From contig CACYFN010000002.1 in the NCBI GenBank assembly GCA_902773675.1, forward strand, positions 1,453-65,452: 64,000 nucleotides of DNA. Reading direction: 5' to 3'. A program made the position numbers and the translations under genes. Below are positions 32,197-45,158 of the stretch, piece by piece. This DNA is from an uncultured Erysipelotrichaceae bacterium. GTDB taxonomy: Bacteria; Bacillota_I; Bacilli_A; RF39; UBA660. Under the pieces are notes generated by a model, which saw only the letters and a program-made list of their open reading frames with translations, was not told the origin of the DNA and did no database searches. Within the stretch, counting starts at the first letter, position 1. Each line of letters opens with the position of its first letter.

Positions 32197-33774
32197 CTAC
32201 CTTTCATTGAATAAATCTGGCAAATCATTTTCAAGTAATGCATATGTATTAGTACTAGCTAATTTATTCATTATTGGAAATGCTTCTTTGACATCATTTA
32301 TTACAAATATATTTTTTTTATTATATTTTTTTTCTATTAAGCCATCATAGATTGGTTTTGTTTGTGCTTCTCCTACTAGGATTACATAATCGGCTACTTC
32401 GCTTATATATTCACCAAATTTTTTGTTTAATTCATATTGTTTATCTCCTAATTCAATCATACCGGGAGTTACTACTATTTTTTCTCCATCCATTAGATTA
32501 AGAACATCTAATGCCATTTTTGATCCTACTGGATTAGAGTTATAGGCATCATCTATTATATTAATATTTCCATATTTTTTTAGTTCTAGTCTATGTTCTA
32601 TTACTTTTATACTTGATACTCCTCTTTGTAGTTCTTCAATAGTCATACCTAAGCATTTTCCTAACATTATACCGGCTAATATATTATAAACATTATGTTT
32701 TCCTAATAATTTAGTTGTAAATGTGTATTTTTCTTTGTCTCCTTTAAATATTACATCAAAGGTTGTACCATTACTTGATAATTTTATGTTGGTTGCTTTT
32801 AGATCTAAATCATCAGAATCTATTCCTACATAATATACTTTACAATTATTTTTTAATTTATAGTTTCTTTGATATTCATCATCACCATTAAGTATTCCAA
32901 TTCCATCACTAGGTAATGATTCTATTAGTTCAAATTTTCCTTTTTGGATATTTTCTCTTGAACCAAAACTTTCAAAATGGGCTTCTCCAATTATTGTTAA
33001 TACTCCGTATTTAGGATGCATTAAATCACATGTTTTTTTGATTTCTCCTATTTTGAATGCTCCCATTTCAGCTATAAATATATCATTAAATTTATCTAGA
33101 TAATTATTAATTGAATTTATTAATCCATATGGGGTATTAAAGTTTTTAGGAGTAGCAAAGGCATTAAATTTTATATTTAAGATATCATTTAATATATTTT
33201 TACTACTAGTTTTTCCATAACTACCAGTAATTCCTATAACTGGTAAGTTCATACTTTTTAATTTTTTTAAAGCTTGATGTTTATATTTAAGATATACACA
33301 TTTTTCTACTGGTATATTTATTTTATTAACAATTAATATTATAAAATAATTTAAATATGTTAATAACGATAAACCTAGGTAATAATATGGTATATAGTTT
33401 TTATTAAATGTAAGCATTATTAAAACTATTATAATTGTATATATAAGTGTTAGTGTTGTAAATAATCTTTTAATTCTAGCAGTAATTACTAATGGCTTTT
33501 TTACTTGTTCTTTATGAGTTGAATATAAAGCCATTATTAGAAAAGAAAATCCAGCAAAAAAGATATATGATACATTTTCTTTAAATAGAATACATATTAC
33601 TGATAGTGGTAATAATATATCTATTGTTAAGAATACTTTTTTTAAATTTTTTATTATCCAAAAGAAATATCTTTTAGATTCATCATAGTAGTTTTGCTGC
33701 AACATATGCATTGATTTTTTACTCTTTAATATTGTTAGTATAAATAATGGCATTAATGATAATATAAAATACAT
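32197..33774 (-). CDS. murF: UDP-MurNAc-tripeptide--D-Ala-D-Ala ligase MurF with an N-terminal polytopic membrane extension
   Basis: Mur ligase motifs GITGSYGKTSS and DDAYNSNP. The first 175 aa form four or five predicted TM helices. The start at 33774 has a perfect SD AGGAGGT. Confidence 0.75.
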   Translation of the reverse strand: MYFILSLMPLFILTILKSKKSMHMLQQNYYDESKRYFFWIIKNLKKVFLTIDILLPLSVICILFKENVSYIFFAGFSFLIMALYSTHKEQVKKPLVITARIKRLFTTLTLIYTIIIVLIMLTFNKNYIPYYYLGLSLLTYLNYFIILIVNKINIPVEKCVYLKYKHQALKKLKSMNLPVIGITGSYGKTSSKNILNDILNIKFNAFATPKNFNTPYGLINSINNYLDKFNDIFIAEMGAFKIGEIKKTCDLMHPKYGVLTIIGEAHFESFGSRENIQKGKFELIESLPSDGIGILNGDDEYQRNYKLKNNCKVYYVGIDSDDLDLKATNIKLSSNGTTFDVIFKGDKEKYTFTTKLLGKHNVYNILAGIMLGKCLGMTIEELQRGVSSIKVIEHRLELKKYGNINIIDDAYNSNPVGSKMALDVLNLMDGEKIVVTPGMIELGDKQYELNKKFGEYISEVADYVILVGEAQTKPIYDGLIEKKYNKKNIFVINDVKEAFPIMNKLASTNTYALLENDLPDLFNER

Positions 33775-33783
33775 AATTACCTC

Positions 33784-34509
33784 CTATTTTATAAATACTT
33801 TAAGAACGTTTGTTACTTCGTTTATTCTTTCTAAATATGCATAATGAGTACATCCTTCATAAATTACTACTCCTGCATCGGGAATTAGTTTTTCAAGTTC
33901 ATATGCATCAGCTACTGGTACTGCTTCATCTAATGTTCCCCATATTATAAGGGTTGGACATTTTATTTTTTTGACATCTTCTGTTATATCTAAATTAACT
34001 GTACTAACTAGTATTTTTCTCATCATTTCACTAGCATTTTTATAATCAGTAGATCCTATATGTTTTTTGGCAAATCCTTCTAATTTATTTAAACCAGGTA
34101 TTTTTTTTGCTTTTTTTAATAGTTTTGTTTTTAAGGATAATTTCTTTTTTTCTGGACGATAAGGACTACCAAATAATACTAGTTTTTCTACATCATATTT
34201 ACTAGCATATACTAGGCTAATTTTTCCTCCAAATGAATGTCCCATAAGAATAGGTTTTTTAACATTTAAACTATCTAGTAGTTCTTTTATACATTCTACA
34301 TAATCATATATTGTCCAAACATAATTTGGTTCTTGACTTAATCCATATCCAGGTAAATCCACTATTATAATTTTATTACCTTCTAATCTATCTCCAAGTG
34401 GTTTCATCATTTCAATATTTTGTCCCCATCCATGAAGAAGGACTACTGTATTTTTTCCACTTCCATATTCTATATAGTTTACATCTATATTTTTTATATG
34501 TTTAATCAT
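33784..34509 (-). CDS. alpha/beta hydrolase
   Basis: HGWGQN and the nucleophile elbow GHSFGG. The start at MIKHIKN has the SD GGAGG. Confidence 0.65.
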   Translation of the reverse strand: MIKHIKNIDVNYIEYGSGKNTVVLLHGWGQNIEMMKPLGDRLEGNKIIIVDLPGYGLSQEPNYVWTIYDYVECIKELLDSLNVKKPILMGHSFGGKISLVYASKYDVEKLVLFGSPYRPEKKKLSLKTKLLKKAKKIPGLNKLEGFAKKHIGSTDYKNASEMMRKILVSTVNLDITEDVKKIKCPTLIIWGTLDEAVPVADAYELEKLIPDAGVVIYEGCTHYAYLERINEVTNVLKVFIK

Positions 34510-34592
34510 ACAAAAACCTCCATTATTAGTATACCACATTTTTTTATATAAAAAAAAGAAATTATAGCAATTTCTTAATTTTTTACATATGT

Positions 34593-35597
34593 TTACTGAT
34601 ATAATCTAATATTATCTGTTCTACCTAGTCCAACTTTTTCTTTTACTTCATAATATTTCTTTTTAGCTATTTCATTTGTCTTTTTATATCCTTCATCTAA
34701 TATTTCATCAATTAGGTTTGAATTAATTATTTCATTATATTTATTTTGTAAGTTAGTTATTTTTTCTACTACTATATCAGCTACTGCTTTTTTAAATGTT
34801 CCATAGTTACTATCTTTAAATAAATTTACTGACTCTTCTATACTTATATCTTTTAATACTGAATAGATTGTTAATAAATTAGATATTCCAGGTTTATTTT
34901 CTTCATCAAAATATATTTTATTATCACTATCTGTTACAGCGCTCATTATTTTTTTTCTAATTACTTCTGGTTCATCTAAAAGTCTAATTATAGCTTTTTC
35001 ATTTGTTGATGATTTACTCATTTTTTTAGTTGGTTCTTGTAAATCTTTAATACGTGCTCCTATTTCTGGTATTAATGGTTCTGGTATATTAAATGTCTCA
35101 CCATATTTAGAATTGAAACGTTCTGCTAAATTTCTAGCTAATTCCACATGTTGTTTTTGGTCTGCTCCAGTTGGTACTAAGTCAGCATCATATAAAAGTA
35201 TATCTGCTGCCATTAGTATTGGATATGTAAATAGTCCACAGCTTACATTCTTTTTACTAGCACTTTTTTCTTTGAACTGGGTCATTCTTGACATTTCTCC
35301 CATATATGAATGACATTCAAGGATCCAAGAAAGATTTGCATGATATAAATTTTCTGATTGTATATATAATGTACATTTTTTAGGATTTAATCCACTAGCT
35401 ATATAAAGAGCTATATTTTTTCTAATACGTTCTTTTAAAAGGGATGGATCTTGTTCTACAGTTATTGAATGTAGATCTGGTACAAAAACAAATAATTCAT
35501 AATCATCTTGATACTTAATTAGTTGTCTTATTCCACCAATGTAATTACCTAGTGTTAATTCTCCACTTGGTTGAAGCCCTGTTAATACTCTTTTCAT
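34593..35597 (-). CDS. trpS: tryptophanyl-tRNA synthetase
   Basis: Class I aaRS with a KMSKS motif and a TrpS-type N-terminus. Confidence 0.9.
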   Translation of the reverse strand: MKRVLTGLQPSGELTLGNYIGGIRQLIKYQDDYELFVFVPDLHSITVEQDPSLLKERIRKNIALYIASGLNPKKCTLYIQSENLYHANLSWILECHSYMGEMSRMTQFKEKSASKKNVSCGLFTYPILMAADILLYDADLVPTGADQKQHVELARNLAERFNSKYGETFNIPEPLIPEIGARIKDLQEPTKKMSKSSTNEKAIIRLLDEPEVIRKKIMSAVTDSDNKIYFDEENKPGISNLLTIYSVLKDISIEESVNLFKDSNYGTFKKAVADIVVEKITNLQNKYNEIINSNLIDEILDEGYKKTNEIAKKKYYEVKEKVGLGRTDNIRLYQ

Positions 35598-35598
35598 A

Positions 35599-36267
35599 TT
35601 ATACCTCTATTCCATCTATACAATTATTATAAAGCCAAATTTTTAATTCGTTATTATCTCCTGTTTCGTAATACTTAATTAGTTTATAAACATATTCACC
35701 AATTAATTCAACAGGTACAGCGATTATTCCTTGACCATTTTTAATCATTTCTTTATTGGCAACTAAATTTGCTACCCTTTTATTACCATCTAAGAACATT
35801 TGACATCTCTGTATCCAACAAAATAAATCTAAACACCTATCTAATTTATTTGGATTTTTTAATATTTCTTGTAACTCACTATTATAATCACATTCAGCAG
35901 GTAATTTTGGTCTCCATGTTGTTCCTGTAATTCCTACTCCTTTTTCTCTAAATTCACCCAGAGGAGTTATGTTTTGTCCTTTGCAAACTTCAAAATGAAT
36001 TTTTTTAATAAAATCTATATTTAAATCTTTATCTATATTATCAAAAACATATTTCCAAGCATCTTTTAATCCTTTTAATTTTAACATATCATCTATTGAA
36101 ATATTGCCAGTATTTACATTATTCATAAAAGAATATGTATCAGCAAATGTAATAGCAATTCCTTCAAGATTAGCACTTTTATATATATTATCGACTAATT
36201 TTCTTTTAGCAAAAAATATATTATCTTCTTTAGACATATTATATTTACTTTCCATATACCAATACAC
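35599..36267 (-). CDS. Fic/DOC family protein
   Basis: FLDGNKRVANLVAN resembles the Fic motif HxFx(D/E)GNGRxxR. Confidence 0.4.
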   Translation of the reverse strand: MYWYMESKYNMSKEDNIFFAKRKLVDNIYKSANLEGIAITFADTYSFMNNVNTGNISIDDMLKLKGLKDAWKYVFDNIDKDLNIDFIKKIHFEVCKGQNITPLGEFREKGVGITGTTWRPKLPAECDYNSELQEILKNPNKLDRCLDLFCWIQRCQMFLDGNKRVANLVANKEMIKNGQGIIAVPVELIGEYVYKLIKYYETGDNNELKIWLYNNCIDGIEV

Positions 36268-36333
36268 CTCATAATAATTTTAACATTTATAATTTTATTT
36301 ATCAATAAAAATAAACACATTTATTTAATATGT

Positions 36334-38287
<1,954 letters not shown>

Positions 38288-38335
38288 TTATACTAAAAAA
38301 TATTTAATAAGTAAAATTAAGAAAAAATATGGAAT

Positions 38336-38854
38336 TTAGTAATTAAATCCATATTTAAATGTTTTATTTTCTCTTTTATATTCTAATTCTTTACACAAAT
38401 CTAAAAATGATGTATTTGAATATTTAAGCATTAAATCTCTAGCATTTTCAAATACGTGTGGTTTTACACATATTACTGTATTTGTATCATTTAATAATGT
38501 TTCTCTTTTTACTGATATTTTTAAGTCATTTAATATATATATAATTGGTGCCCCGACTTTAATTTTTCTTTTTATTTTTTCATCATTTAGTAATTTTTCT
38601 AGTCCTAAACATTCTAACGACTTTTCTTGGTTTGCATAAGTAGCACTACTTCCATCTGAATATATATTTTGAATAATTTCTCTTACATCAATTACACTTT
38701 CTTTTGATTTTGATGTGACTCTAGTAAAAAGATAATGTTTTTTACTTATTGTAAGTAAATCAATATATTCTCCTTCATATAATATCTTTTCTTTTATTAC
38801 ATCTTTTAATTCATCATAATTATTGTATCCAAAATTTATTATTTTTTTCCCCAT
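38336..38854 (-). CDS. hypothetical protein
   Basis: 172-aa ORF with no recognisable domain. Confidence 0.4.
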   Translation of the reverse strand: MGKKIINFGYNNYDELKDVIKEKILYEGEYIDLLTISKKHYLFTRVTSKSKESVIDVREIIQNIYSDGSSATYANQEKSLECLGLEKLLNDEKIKRKIKVGAPIIYILNDLKISVKRETLLNDTNTVICVKPHVFENARDLMLKYSNTSFLDLCKELEYKRENKTFKYGFNY

Positions 38855-38955
38855 TTTTTCTCACCAGTTGATTATTATACATTAATTTTTAAAAATTGCA
38901 AGTTCTTATTTTATATATATAACATATAATTAAATGTAGAAAGGATGAAATATTT

Positions 38956-39216
38956 ATGGAAACACTTAAAGTAGGGACTAAATCAAATCCCAATTCAGTT
39001 GCAGGTGCTTTAGCTAATGTAATGCGTGATAAAGGAAGTGTAGAAATTCAAGCTATAGGAGCTGGTGCTTTAAATCAAGCTATTAAGGCTATTGCTATTG
39101 CACGTGGTTTTGTTGCTCCATCTGGTAAAAATTTAGTTTGTATTCCAGCTTTTACTGATATTAATATTGATGGTGAGGAGCGAACGGCGATTAAATTAAT
39201 TGTTGAGACTAAATAG
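38956..39216 (+). CDS. spoVS: stage V sporulation protein S
   Basis: 86 aa, near-identical to SpoVS (SNPNSVAGALA...EIQAIGAGALNQAIKAIAIARGFVAPSG...CIPAFTDI). Confidence 0.9.
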   Translation: METLKVGTKSNPNSVAGALANVMRDKGSVEIQAIGAGALNQAIKAIAIARGFVAPSGKNLVCIPAFTDINIDGEERTAIKLIVETK

Positions 39217-39283
39217 TCTTTTTTTCTTGACAAATAGTAAAAACTGATATTATAATTATTATGGTAAAGTAAGGGAGGTAATT

Positions 39284-39514
39284 ATGGAGTTAAAAATTAA
39301 AGGAATTTATAAACATTTTAAAGGAGATTTATATTTAGTTGAAGATGTTGGAATTCATAGTGAGACTTTAGAAAAGTTTATTATCTATAGGGCTTTATAT
39401 GGTGATACTAAATTATGGATTAGACCTTATGATGAATTTTTTGAGGAAGTTAATAAAAATAATCAAAAGTATCGTTTTGAACTTCAAAATATTGAAAGTA
39501 AAAAAGAGCATTAG
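39284..39514 (+). CDS. DUF1653-like small protein
   Basis: GIYKHFKGDLYLV...RPYDEFF. Confidence 0.4.
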   Translation: MELKIKGIYKHFKGDLYLVEDVGIHSETLEKFIIYRALYGDTKLWIRPYDEFFEEVNKNNQKYRFELQNIESKKEH

Positions 39515-39522
39515 CTCTTTTT

Positions 39523-39675
39523 TTATTCCATATCCCCTAGTTTTTCATTTGCTTTCTCTAAAGCATCATCCATTATTTCATGCATTTTTTTCATTACTGG
39601 TTTACTATATTTTTGGTAGGCTAGTACTACTCCAGCACCTGCTGCCATTAAACCAACTATTTTTGCAATCTTCAT
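39523..39675 (-). CDS. 50-aa small membrane protein, not in the ORF track
   Basis: MKIAKIVGLMAAGAGVVLAYQKYSKPVMKKMHEIMDDALEKANEKLGDME with the SD GAGGTGAT. A shared bidirectional terminator (agagc/gctct) separates it from the DUF1653 gene. Confidence 0.45.
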   Translation of the reverse strand: MKIAKIVGLMAAGAGVVLAYQKYSKPVMKKMHEIMDDALEKANEKLGDME

Positions 39676-39744
39676 AATATCACCTCACACTAGTAATATG
39701 ATTTTGTATATTTTTCAATATACATTTTTATTATGATATTATTT

Positions 39745-41943
39745 TTAATTATTATTCATTTTATTTAATAAATCTGTTTTTCTTGAAATTTCAGATGTAT
39801 TTTCTACTCCATATTTAAAGGCATTTGGTTCTCCAATTATTATTAATTTTTTTCTAGCTCGGGTTATTCCTGTATATATTAATTTTCTATATAGCATTCT
39901 TCTATAACTTGAAGACATTGGCATTACTACTAATTCGAATTCACTTCCTTGAGCTTTATGAATACTTATTATAAATCCATGTTTTATGTTGATAAAATCT
40001 TTGGACTCGTAAATAACTATATTTCCATCAAAGTCTATTTCTATTTCATTTTTACCACTTTTACTTATATTTGATGGTATTATACGGGTAATAATACCTA
40101 TATCTCCATTGAAAACATTATCATCTGGAATATTTACTAATTGTAATACTTTATCATTTTCTCGATATATGATATCTCCATATTTTATTTCTTTTTTTGA
40201 TTTAGTTGGTGGATTAAATATTTCTTGAAGATGTTTATTTAGATTATCTATTCCGACAATTCCTGCATACATAGGTGCCATTACTTGAAATCTTTTATAG
40301 TCATATCCTTTATTTTTAAGTTTTGTGCATAAATTTATTATTGATGATACTATTCCTTGATTTGTACAAGGTAGAAACTGATAATCAGTTGTTTTTTTTA
40401 CAAAGTCATCACTTAATTTATTTGAATTTATTTCACTAGCAAGTACTGGTATATAACTATTTTCATCTTGACGATATAGTGTATCTAATTTTATTATGTC
40501 TATTTTTTTACTTTCTATTAAGTCTTTTAGAATCATTCCAGGTCCAACACTTGGTAATTGATTGATATCTCCAACTAGAATTAATTTGATATTTTTTGTT
40601 AATCCTCGAAGAAGATTATCCATTAAGTTATTATCAATCATACTTACTTCATCAATAATTATTAAATGACTATAATCTGGATTAAATTCATTTACCCCAA
40701 ATTCATTACTTTCTTTATTCCATTTTAAAAATCTATGAATGGTGGTTGCTGGATATGTGGTTGATTCACTCATTCTTTTACTGGCTCTACCTGTTGGAGC
40801 AAGAAGAGCTAATTTTTCTAGTAATTCATCATTATTATATTTATTTATTTTTTTATAAAGTGTTACTATAGCTTTAATAATTGTTGTTTTACCTGTTCCT
40901 GGTCCTCCAGTAATAATTAAAATATTATTTTCTAAGGCTTTTTTGATAGCTAATTTTTGTTTTTCATTATATTTTATTCCACTATCTATTTCAAGGGCAT
41001 TGATATTTTTTTCAATATTGGAAATTTTATTTATTTTTTTATTAGCTAAATAATTTATTTTAGTTGCGATAAAATTTTCTTGATCATATACTTCTTTGAT
41101 AAAATATTTTAGATCATCAACTATAATATTTAAATTAGCTTCTAATTCATCTAGACAATTATTAATTATTTCTTCATCTATATTATTAACATATTTATTA
41201 ATTTCATTATATATTTCATCATAATATAAATATGTATCACCTTGTTCAAATGTTTTGGTTTTTATTACATGAATAATTAGGGCGGTAATTCTTCTTTCAT
41301 CTAGTGAATCATAATCCATATTTAGGGCTACATTATCTACTTTATTAAAACTAATAGTTGTATCTTCGATTATTTTATAGATATTATTATTTATTATGGA
41401 TATGGTATTATTTTTATATTCATTATATATTTCCATGGCTTCTCTCATAGTGAATCCCATTTCGGTTAATGATACTATTGTGGCATGGCTTTCTTCATAT
41501 TTTGCAAGGGTATTATATATACTATCTATCTTTTTTTTGGATATTTTTGGTACTTGATATAAGCAGGTTTTGTCTTCTAATATTTGTTCTAAGGCATTAA
41601 GGCCTAATCTATTTACTATTGATGTAGCTAAATTTATTCCTACTCCTTTAAATAAATCACTTGATAAAAATGCAATTATTCCATCTTTGTCTTCAGGTTT
41701 AATTCTTTCATAGTGATTAACATTATATTGAAATCCATATTTTGGATGATTATATGTTTCTCCATGTAATATATAATTATCATTGGTATTTATATGATCA
41801 AAATAACCTGTTATAGTTATAGTTCTTCCTATATAATCAGATAATTCATTTGATGTATCTGTTACTTTTAGTAGACCAATATTGTATCCATTATCACCTG
41901 TAAATATTGATTGCTTATATATGCCTTTTATATAGTTATCCAT
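39745..41943 (-). CDS. recD2: RecD2-like ATP-dependent DNA helicase
   Basis: Walker A ITGGPGTGKTT and helicase motifs. The start at MDNYIKG has the SD GGTGAT. Confidence 0.85.
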   Translation of the reverse strand: MDNYIKGIYKQSIFTGDNGYNIGLLKVTDTSNELSDYIGRTITITGYFDHINTNDNYILHGETYNHPKYGFQYNVNHYERIKPEDKDGIIAFLSSDLFKGVGINLATSIVNRLGLNALEQILEDKTCLYQVPKISKKKIDSIYNTLAKYEESHATIVSLTEMGFTMREAMEIYNEYKNNTISIINNNIYKIIEDTTISFNKVDNVALNMDYDSLDERRITALIIHVIKTKTFEQGDTYLYYDEIYNEINKYVNNIDEEIINNCLDELEANLNIIVDDLKYFIKEVYDQENFIATKINYLANKKINKISNIEKNINALEIDSGIKYNEKQKLAIKKALENNILIITGGPGTGKTTIIKAIVTLYKKINKYNNDELLEKLALLAPTGRASKRMSESTTYPATTIHRFLKWNKESNEFGVNEFNPDYSHLIIIDEVSMIDNNLMDNLLRGLTKNIKLILVGDINQLPSVGPGMILKDLIESKKIDIIKLDTLYRQDENSYIPVLASEINSNKLSDDFVKKTTDYQFLPCTNQGIVSSIINLCTKLKNKGYDYKRFQVMAPMYAGIVGIDNLNKHLQEIFNPPTKSKKEIKYGDIIYRENDKVLQLVNIPDDNVFNGDIGIITRIIPSNISKSGKNEIEIDFDGNIVIYESKDFINIKHGFIISIHKAQGSEFELVVMPMSSSYRRMLYRKLIYTGITRARKKLIIIGEPNAFKYGVENTSEISRKTDLLNKMNNN

Positions 41944-41997
41944 GTTTATCACCAACAGAAGTATTATATCATAAAGAAAAATAACTATCAATGATAG

Positions 41998-42738
41998 TTA
42001 TTTATTTTCATTTTTTCTTTTTTTAATAAAGATTATTAATATGCATGCTACTGTACATACTCCAATTGAAGCAATTACTACTGGTACATAGTTATAATCA
42101 AGTCCAGTAATTGGAGCTGGAATTATTTCGATTACTTCTTTTTCTGGTGTTGGCTCTGGAGTTGGAACAGGTTCTGGTGTTGGCTCTGGTTCAGGTTCTG
42201 GTTCAGGCTCTGGCTCTGGTGGAACTTGTTTATCAAATTCAGCTATAAATGCCCAATTTAGATATGAATAATCATTAAATTCTTTATTACTATATTGTTC
42301 TGATAGTTTTAATTCAACTGTTATTTTGGCTTGTTCATTATTAGCCATTTCTTTAAGTAATACGGAATTTTGTAAGTTGATACCGTCTAAATTATAATCA
42401 AGTCCTTTTACTTTACCATTATAAATCATTGAGTCATTTAGATATACTTTCATGTATATATTATCTAATAATTCTTCTGCTTGAGTATTTTGATCTGTCT
42501 CTTTTACTTTTAGATAAATAGTTAATGGGAAACCTGCTGCATTTTCTATTATTAATTCATCTGTATATGTTCCTCCTGGTACCATATCGGTATGATACAT
42601 AAATTTAGTACTATCAAATAAAGATGTATCATAGTAAATTTTATTATCACTTTCAGTTAAATATAATTTATTATCGAGTGCAAATACGGGAATTGCAAAT
42701 GCAAATAATAGAATTAATCCAAATATAATTTTTTTCAT
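41998..42738 (-). CDS. secreted protein with a (PE)n/(TPEP) linker and a C-terminal sorting-signal-like anchor
   Basis: Signal peptide, PEPEPEPEPEPEPTPEPVPTPEPTPE, then IPAPITG, a hydrophobic helix and KKRKNENK. Confidence 0.5.
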   Translation of the reverse strand: MKKIIFGLILLFAFAIPVFALDNKLYLTESDNKIYYDTSLFDSTKFMYHTDMVPGGTYTDELIIENAAGFPLTIYLKVKETDQNTQAEELLDNIYMKVYLNDSMIYNGKVKGLDYNLDGINLQNSVLLKEMANNEQAKITVELKLSEQYSNKEFNDYSYLNWAFIAEFDKQVPPEPEPEPEPEPEPTPEPVPTPEPTPEKEVIEIIPAPITGLDYNYVPVVIASIGVCTVACILIIFIKKRKNENK

Positions 42739-42808
42739 TGTTACCTCCACTACTATATTTTTATTTTAATATATTTTACAATTTTATTCAATAGTTTTGA
42801 TATTTTTT

Positions 42809-43852
42809 TTATATTTTGTGTAAAGATTTATTTATGGAACTACTTATTAAATATGATAGTTTTTTGATTACGAAATCTATTTCTTTAGGTGTTACCATTA
42901 AATTGTATCCAATTGGAGTTAATACTTCATAGATTAATTCTTTTATTTCTTCATCATTTAGGGTACCTATTAATCCTAATAAATTGGTTTTATCTGTTTT
43001 TGTAATTTTTATATTTTTATTTAAATAATCAATGTTATTAAATGTTAGTTTGCTTTGTGGTTTTTTACTATATTCTTTATTGAATACATAGTGTTTATAC
43101 ATATAATTTATTGTATCTGATACTATTACTGATGCATCTACAACGGTTGGAATACCTATTGCAAGTACTGGTATTCCAATGGTGTCTTTACTTATTTCTT
43201 TTCTTTTGTTACCTATTCCACTTCCAGGATGAATACCTGTATCGGTCATTTGAATGGTTTTATTTACTCTTTCTATTGATTGACTGGCTAAAGAGTCAAT
43301 GGTAATTATAAAGTCTGGTTTTACTTTGTTTACTATGCTTAATATTATGTCACTTGTTTCTATTCCTGTTTGGCCTGTTACTCCTGGTGTGAATGATGAT
43401 ACTCTTCTAAAGTTATCATCTAAACTATTTAACATATATAAGTGATTAGTTACTATTATATCTTTTATTACTAGTGGGCCTAATGAGTCTGGTGTGGATA
43501 ACTGATTACCTAAACCTATTATTAGACAACTATCTTTTTCTTTAATGTGCATAATCTTTAAGATATTTTTTATTTCTTTTATTAATACTTCTTCTACTTG
43601 ATTTTTATTATCGGTATCTGTTATATCTCTAAATTCTATTGTTATATAATTACCTTCTTTTTTTTCTAATGTATTAAATTTATCTAGTTTTACATTAGTT
43701 ACTTTTATATTATTTATTTCATAATATGATTTACTTACTCCTAATGGATTACTTTTATTTTCTAATTCTTCAATGGCTAAATCAGTTCTAATTTGATAGT
43801 TTTTTAAATCTATTTCATGTTTCAATTTTATCACCATTAATATTTTTACCAA
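42809..43852 (-). CDS. gpr: germination protease
   Basis: The N-terminus ...YQIRTDLAIEE... is GPR-like. It is divergent from rpsT, as in Bacillus. Confidence 0.7.
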   Translation of the reverse strand: MVKILMVIKLKHEIDLKNYQIRTDLAIEELENKSNPLGVSKSYYEINNIKVTNVKLDKFNTLEKKEGNYITIEFRDITDTDNKNQVEEVLIKEIKNILKIMHIKEKDSCLIIGLGNQLSTPDSLGPLVIKDIIVTNHLYMLNSLDDNFRRVSSFTPGVTGQTGIETSDIILSIVNKVKPDFIITIDSLASQSIERVNKTIQMTDTGIHPGSGIGNKRKEISKDTIGIPVLAIGIPTVVDASVIVSDTINYMYKHYVFNKEYSKKPQSKLTFNNIDYLNKNIKITKTDKTNLLGLIGTLNDEEIKELIYEVLTPIGYNLMVTPKEIDFVIKKLSYLISSSINKSLHKI

Positions 43853-43927
43853 ATTTTGTTTATTTTATTTGATTTTTTAATAAAAGTTTGCTAAAATATA
43901 TTCGTATGTGATTCGGAGGTGAATTTT

Positions 43928-44191
43928 ATGCCAAATATGAAAAATGCTGAAAAGAAAATTTTAGTTGATGAAAAACGTGAAGATACTAATAACATGTATG
44001 TTGCAACTATGAAAAATTCTATTAAAAAAGTAGATAAAGCTGTTGCTGCTAAAGATAAGGAAAAAGCTAATGAGGCTTTAAAATGTGCTATTAAAGCTAT
44101 TGATAAGGCTCAAAAGAATGGTACTGTTAAAAAGAATACCTGTTCAAGAAATAAATCAAGATTAACAAAGAAAGTTAATGCAATGGAGTAA
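43928..44191 (+). CDS. rpsT: 30S ribosomal protein S20
   Basis: MPNMKNAEKK... is S20-like. The start is the fourth codon of the track ORF. Confidence 0.8.
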   Translation: MPNMKNAEKKILVDEKREDTNNMYVATMKNSIKKVDKAVAAKDKEKANEALKCAIKAIDKAQKNGTVKKNTCSRNKSRLTKKVNAME

Positions 44192-44245
44192 TTTTACTTC
44201 ATTTTTTTTTATATTTATGATATTATTAATAATAGGTGATGATAA

Positions 44246-45151
44246 TTGAAATATATAAGATATTTTATTTTATTAGGTTTAATTGTTACTACTATATATT
44301 TTAGAAATGATATAGCTAATTATATTTTAAGAAAAACTAATCCTACTAAAAAAAGTTTAGTACTTGTTAATAATAGTTATTATAGTAATAATGAAATTAA
44401 ATATGTTAGTATTACTGATGATTTTGATGTTGATAGTAAGCAAGATATTTTAAATGTTTTCTATACTATTTTAAATAGTGGTATGACATCTTTTGAATTT
44501 ACTTGTAATAGTGGTTATAAAGATTGTTTAGCAGACGTTGAAGATATAATTAGAGATAATATTACTTTAGCTAGTATTAATAATATGGTACATCCTTATA
44601 ATTCTTATGAAAATATTTCTGTTAATATCAGTAATTATGGTAAAGTTGATGTTGATATTGAAAAAGTATATAATGATGAGCAAATAGAATATGTTAATAA
44701 CTTTATAATTGATTTTATTAATAATAATGTTACTGATGATATGAGTGATACTGATAAGATTAAGATTTTTCATGATTATATAATTAAGACTACTGATTTT
44801 GATGTTGAGGAATCACATAGTAGCACTAGAGATGGTTCTGTGTCACATACTGCTTATGGGCTTATTCTTAATCATAAGGCTATATGTGGAGGATATAGTG
44901 ATACTATGTCAATATATTTGTATTTATTAAATATTCCTAATTATCGTATATCTACTAATGATCACGTATGGAATTTAGTATTTGTTGATAATGAATGGAA
45001 ACATTTAGATCTAACTTGGGATGATCCTGTTACTAGTGATGGATCTAGACAGTTATTATATCAATATTTTTTAATCGATGAAAAAACATTACATGAATTA
45101 GATAGTTCTCAACACAATTATAATGAAGACGTTTACTTAGAAGCACAATAA
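44246..45151 (+). CDS. transglutaminase-like domain membrane-anchored protein
   Basis: Cys-His-Asp core: AICGGYSD...HVWNLV...HLDLTWDD. Confidence 0.55.
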   Translation: MKYIRYFILLGLIVTTIYFRNDIANYILRKTNPTKKSLVLVNNSYYSNNEIKYVSITDDFDVDSKQDILNVFYTILNSGMTSFEFTCNSGYKDCLADVEDIIRDNITLASINNMVHPYNSYENISVNISNYGKVDVDIEKVYNDEQIEYVNNFIIDFINNNVTDDMSDTDKIKIFHDYIIKTTDFDVEESHSSTRDGSVSHTAYGLILNHKAICGGYSDTMSIYLYLLNIPNYRISTNDHVWNLVFVDNEWKHLDLTWDDPVTSDGSRQLLYQYFLIDEKTLHELDSSQHNYNEDVYLEAQ

Positions 45152-45158
45152 AAGACTC

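Noticed and set aside
34540-35600. An expected T-box upstream of trpS.
   Set aside because: The trpS start abuts the stop of the upstream Fic-like gene (35599), leaving no room for a leader. No T-box core sequence was seen.
42100-42210. A tandem gaaccagaacca-type repeat at the DNA level.
   Set aside because: It encodes the (PE)n/(TPEP) linker of a secreted protein and is in-frame coding low complexity. It is not a CRISPR array or a satellite.
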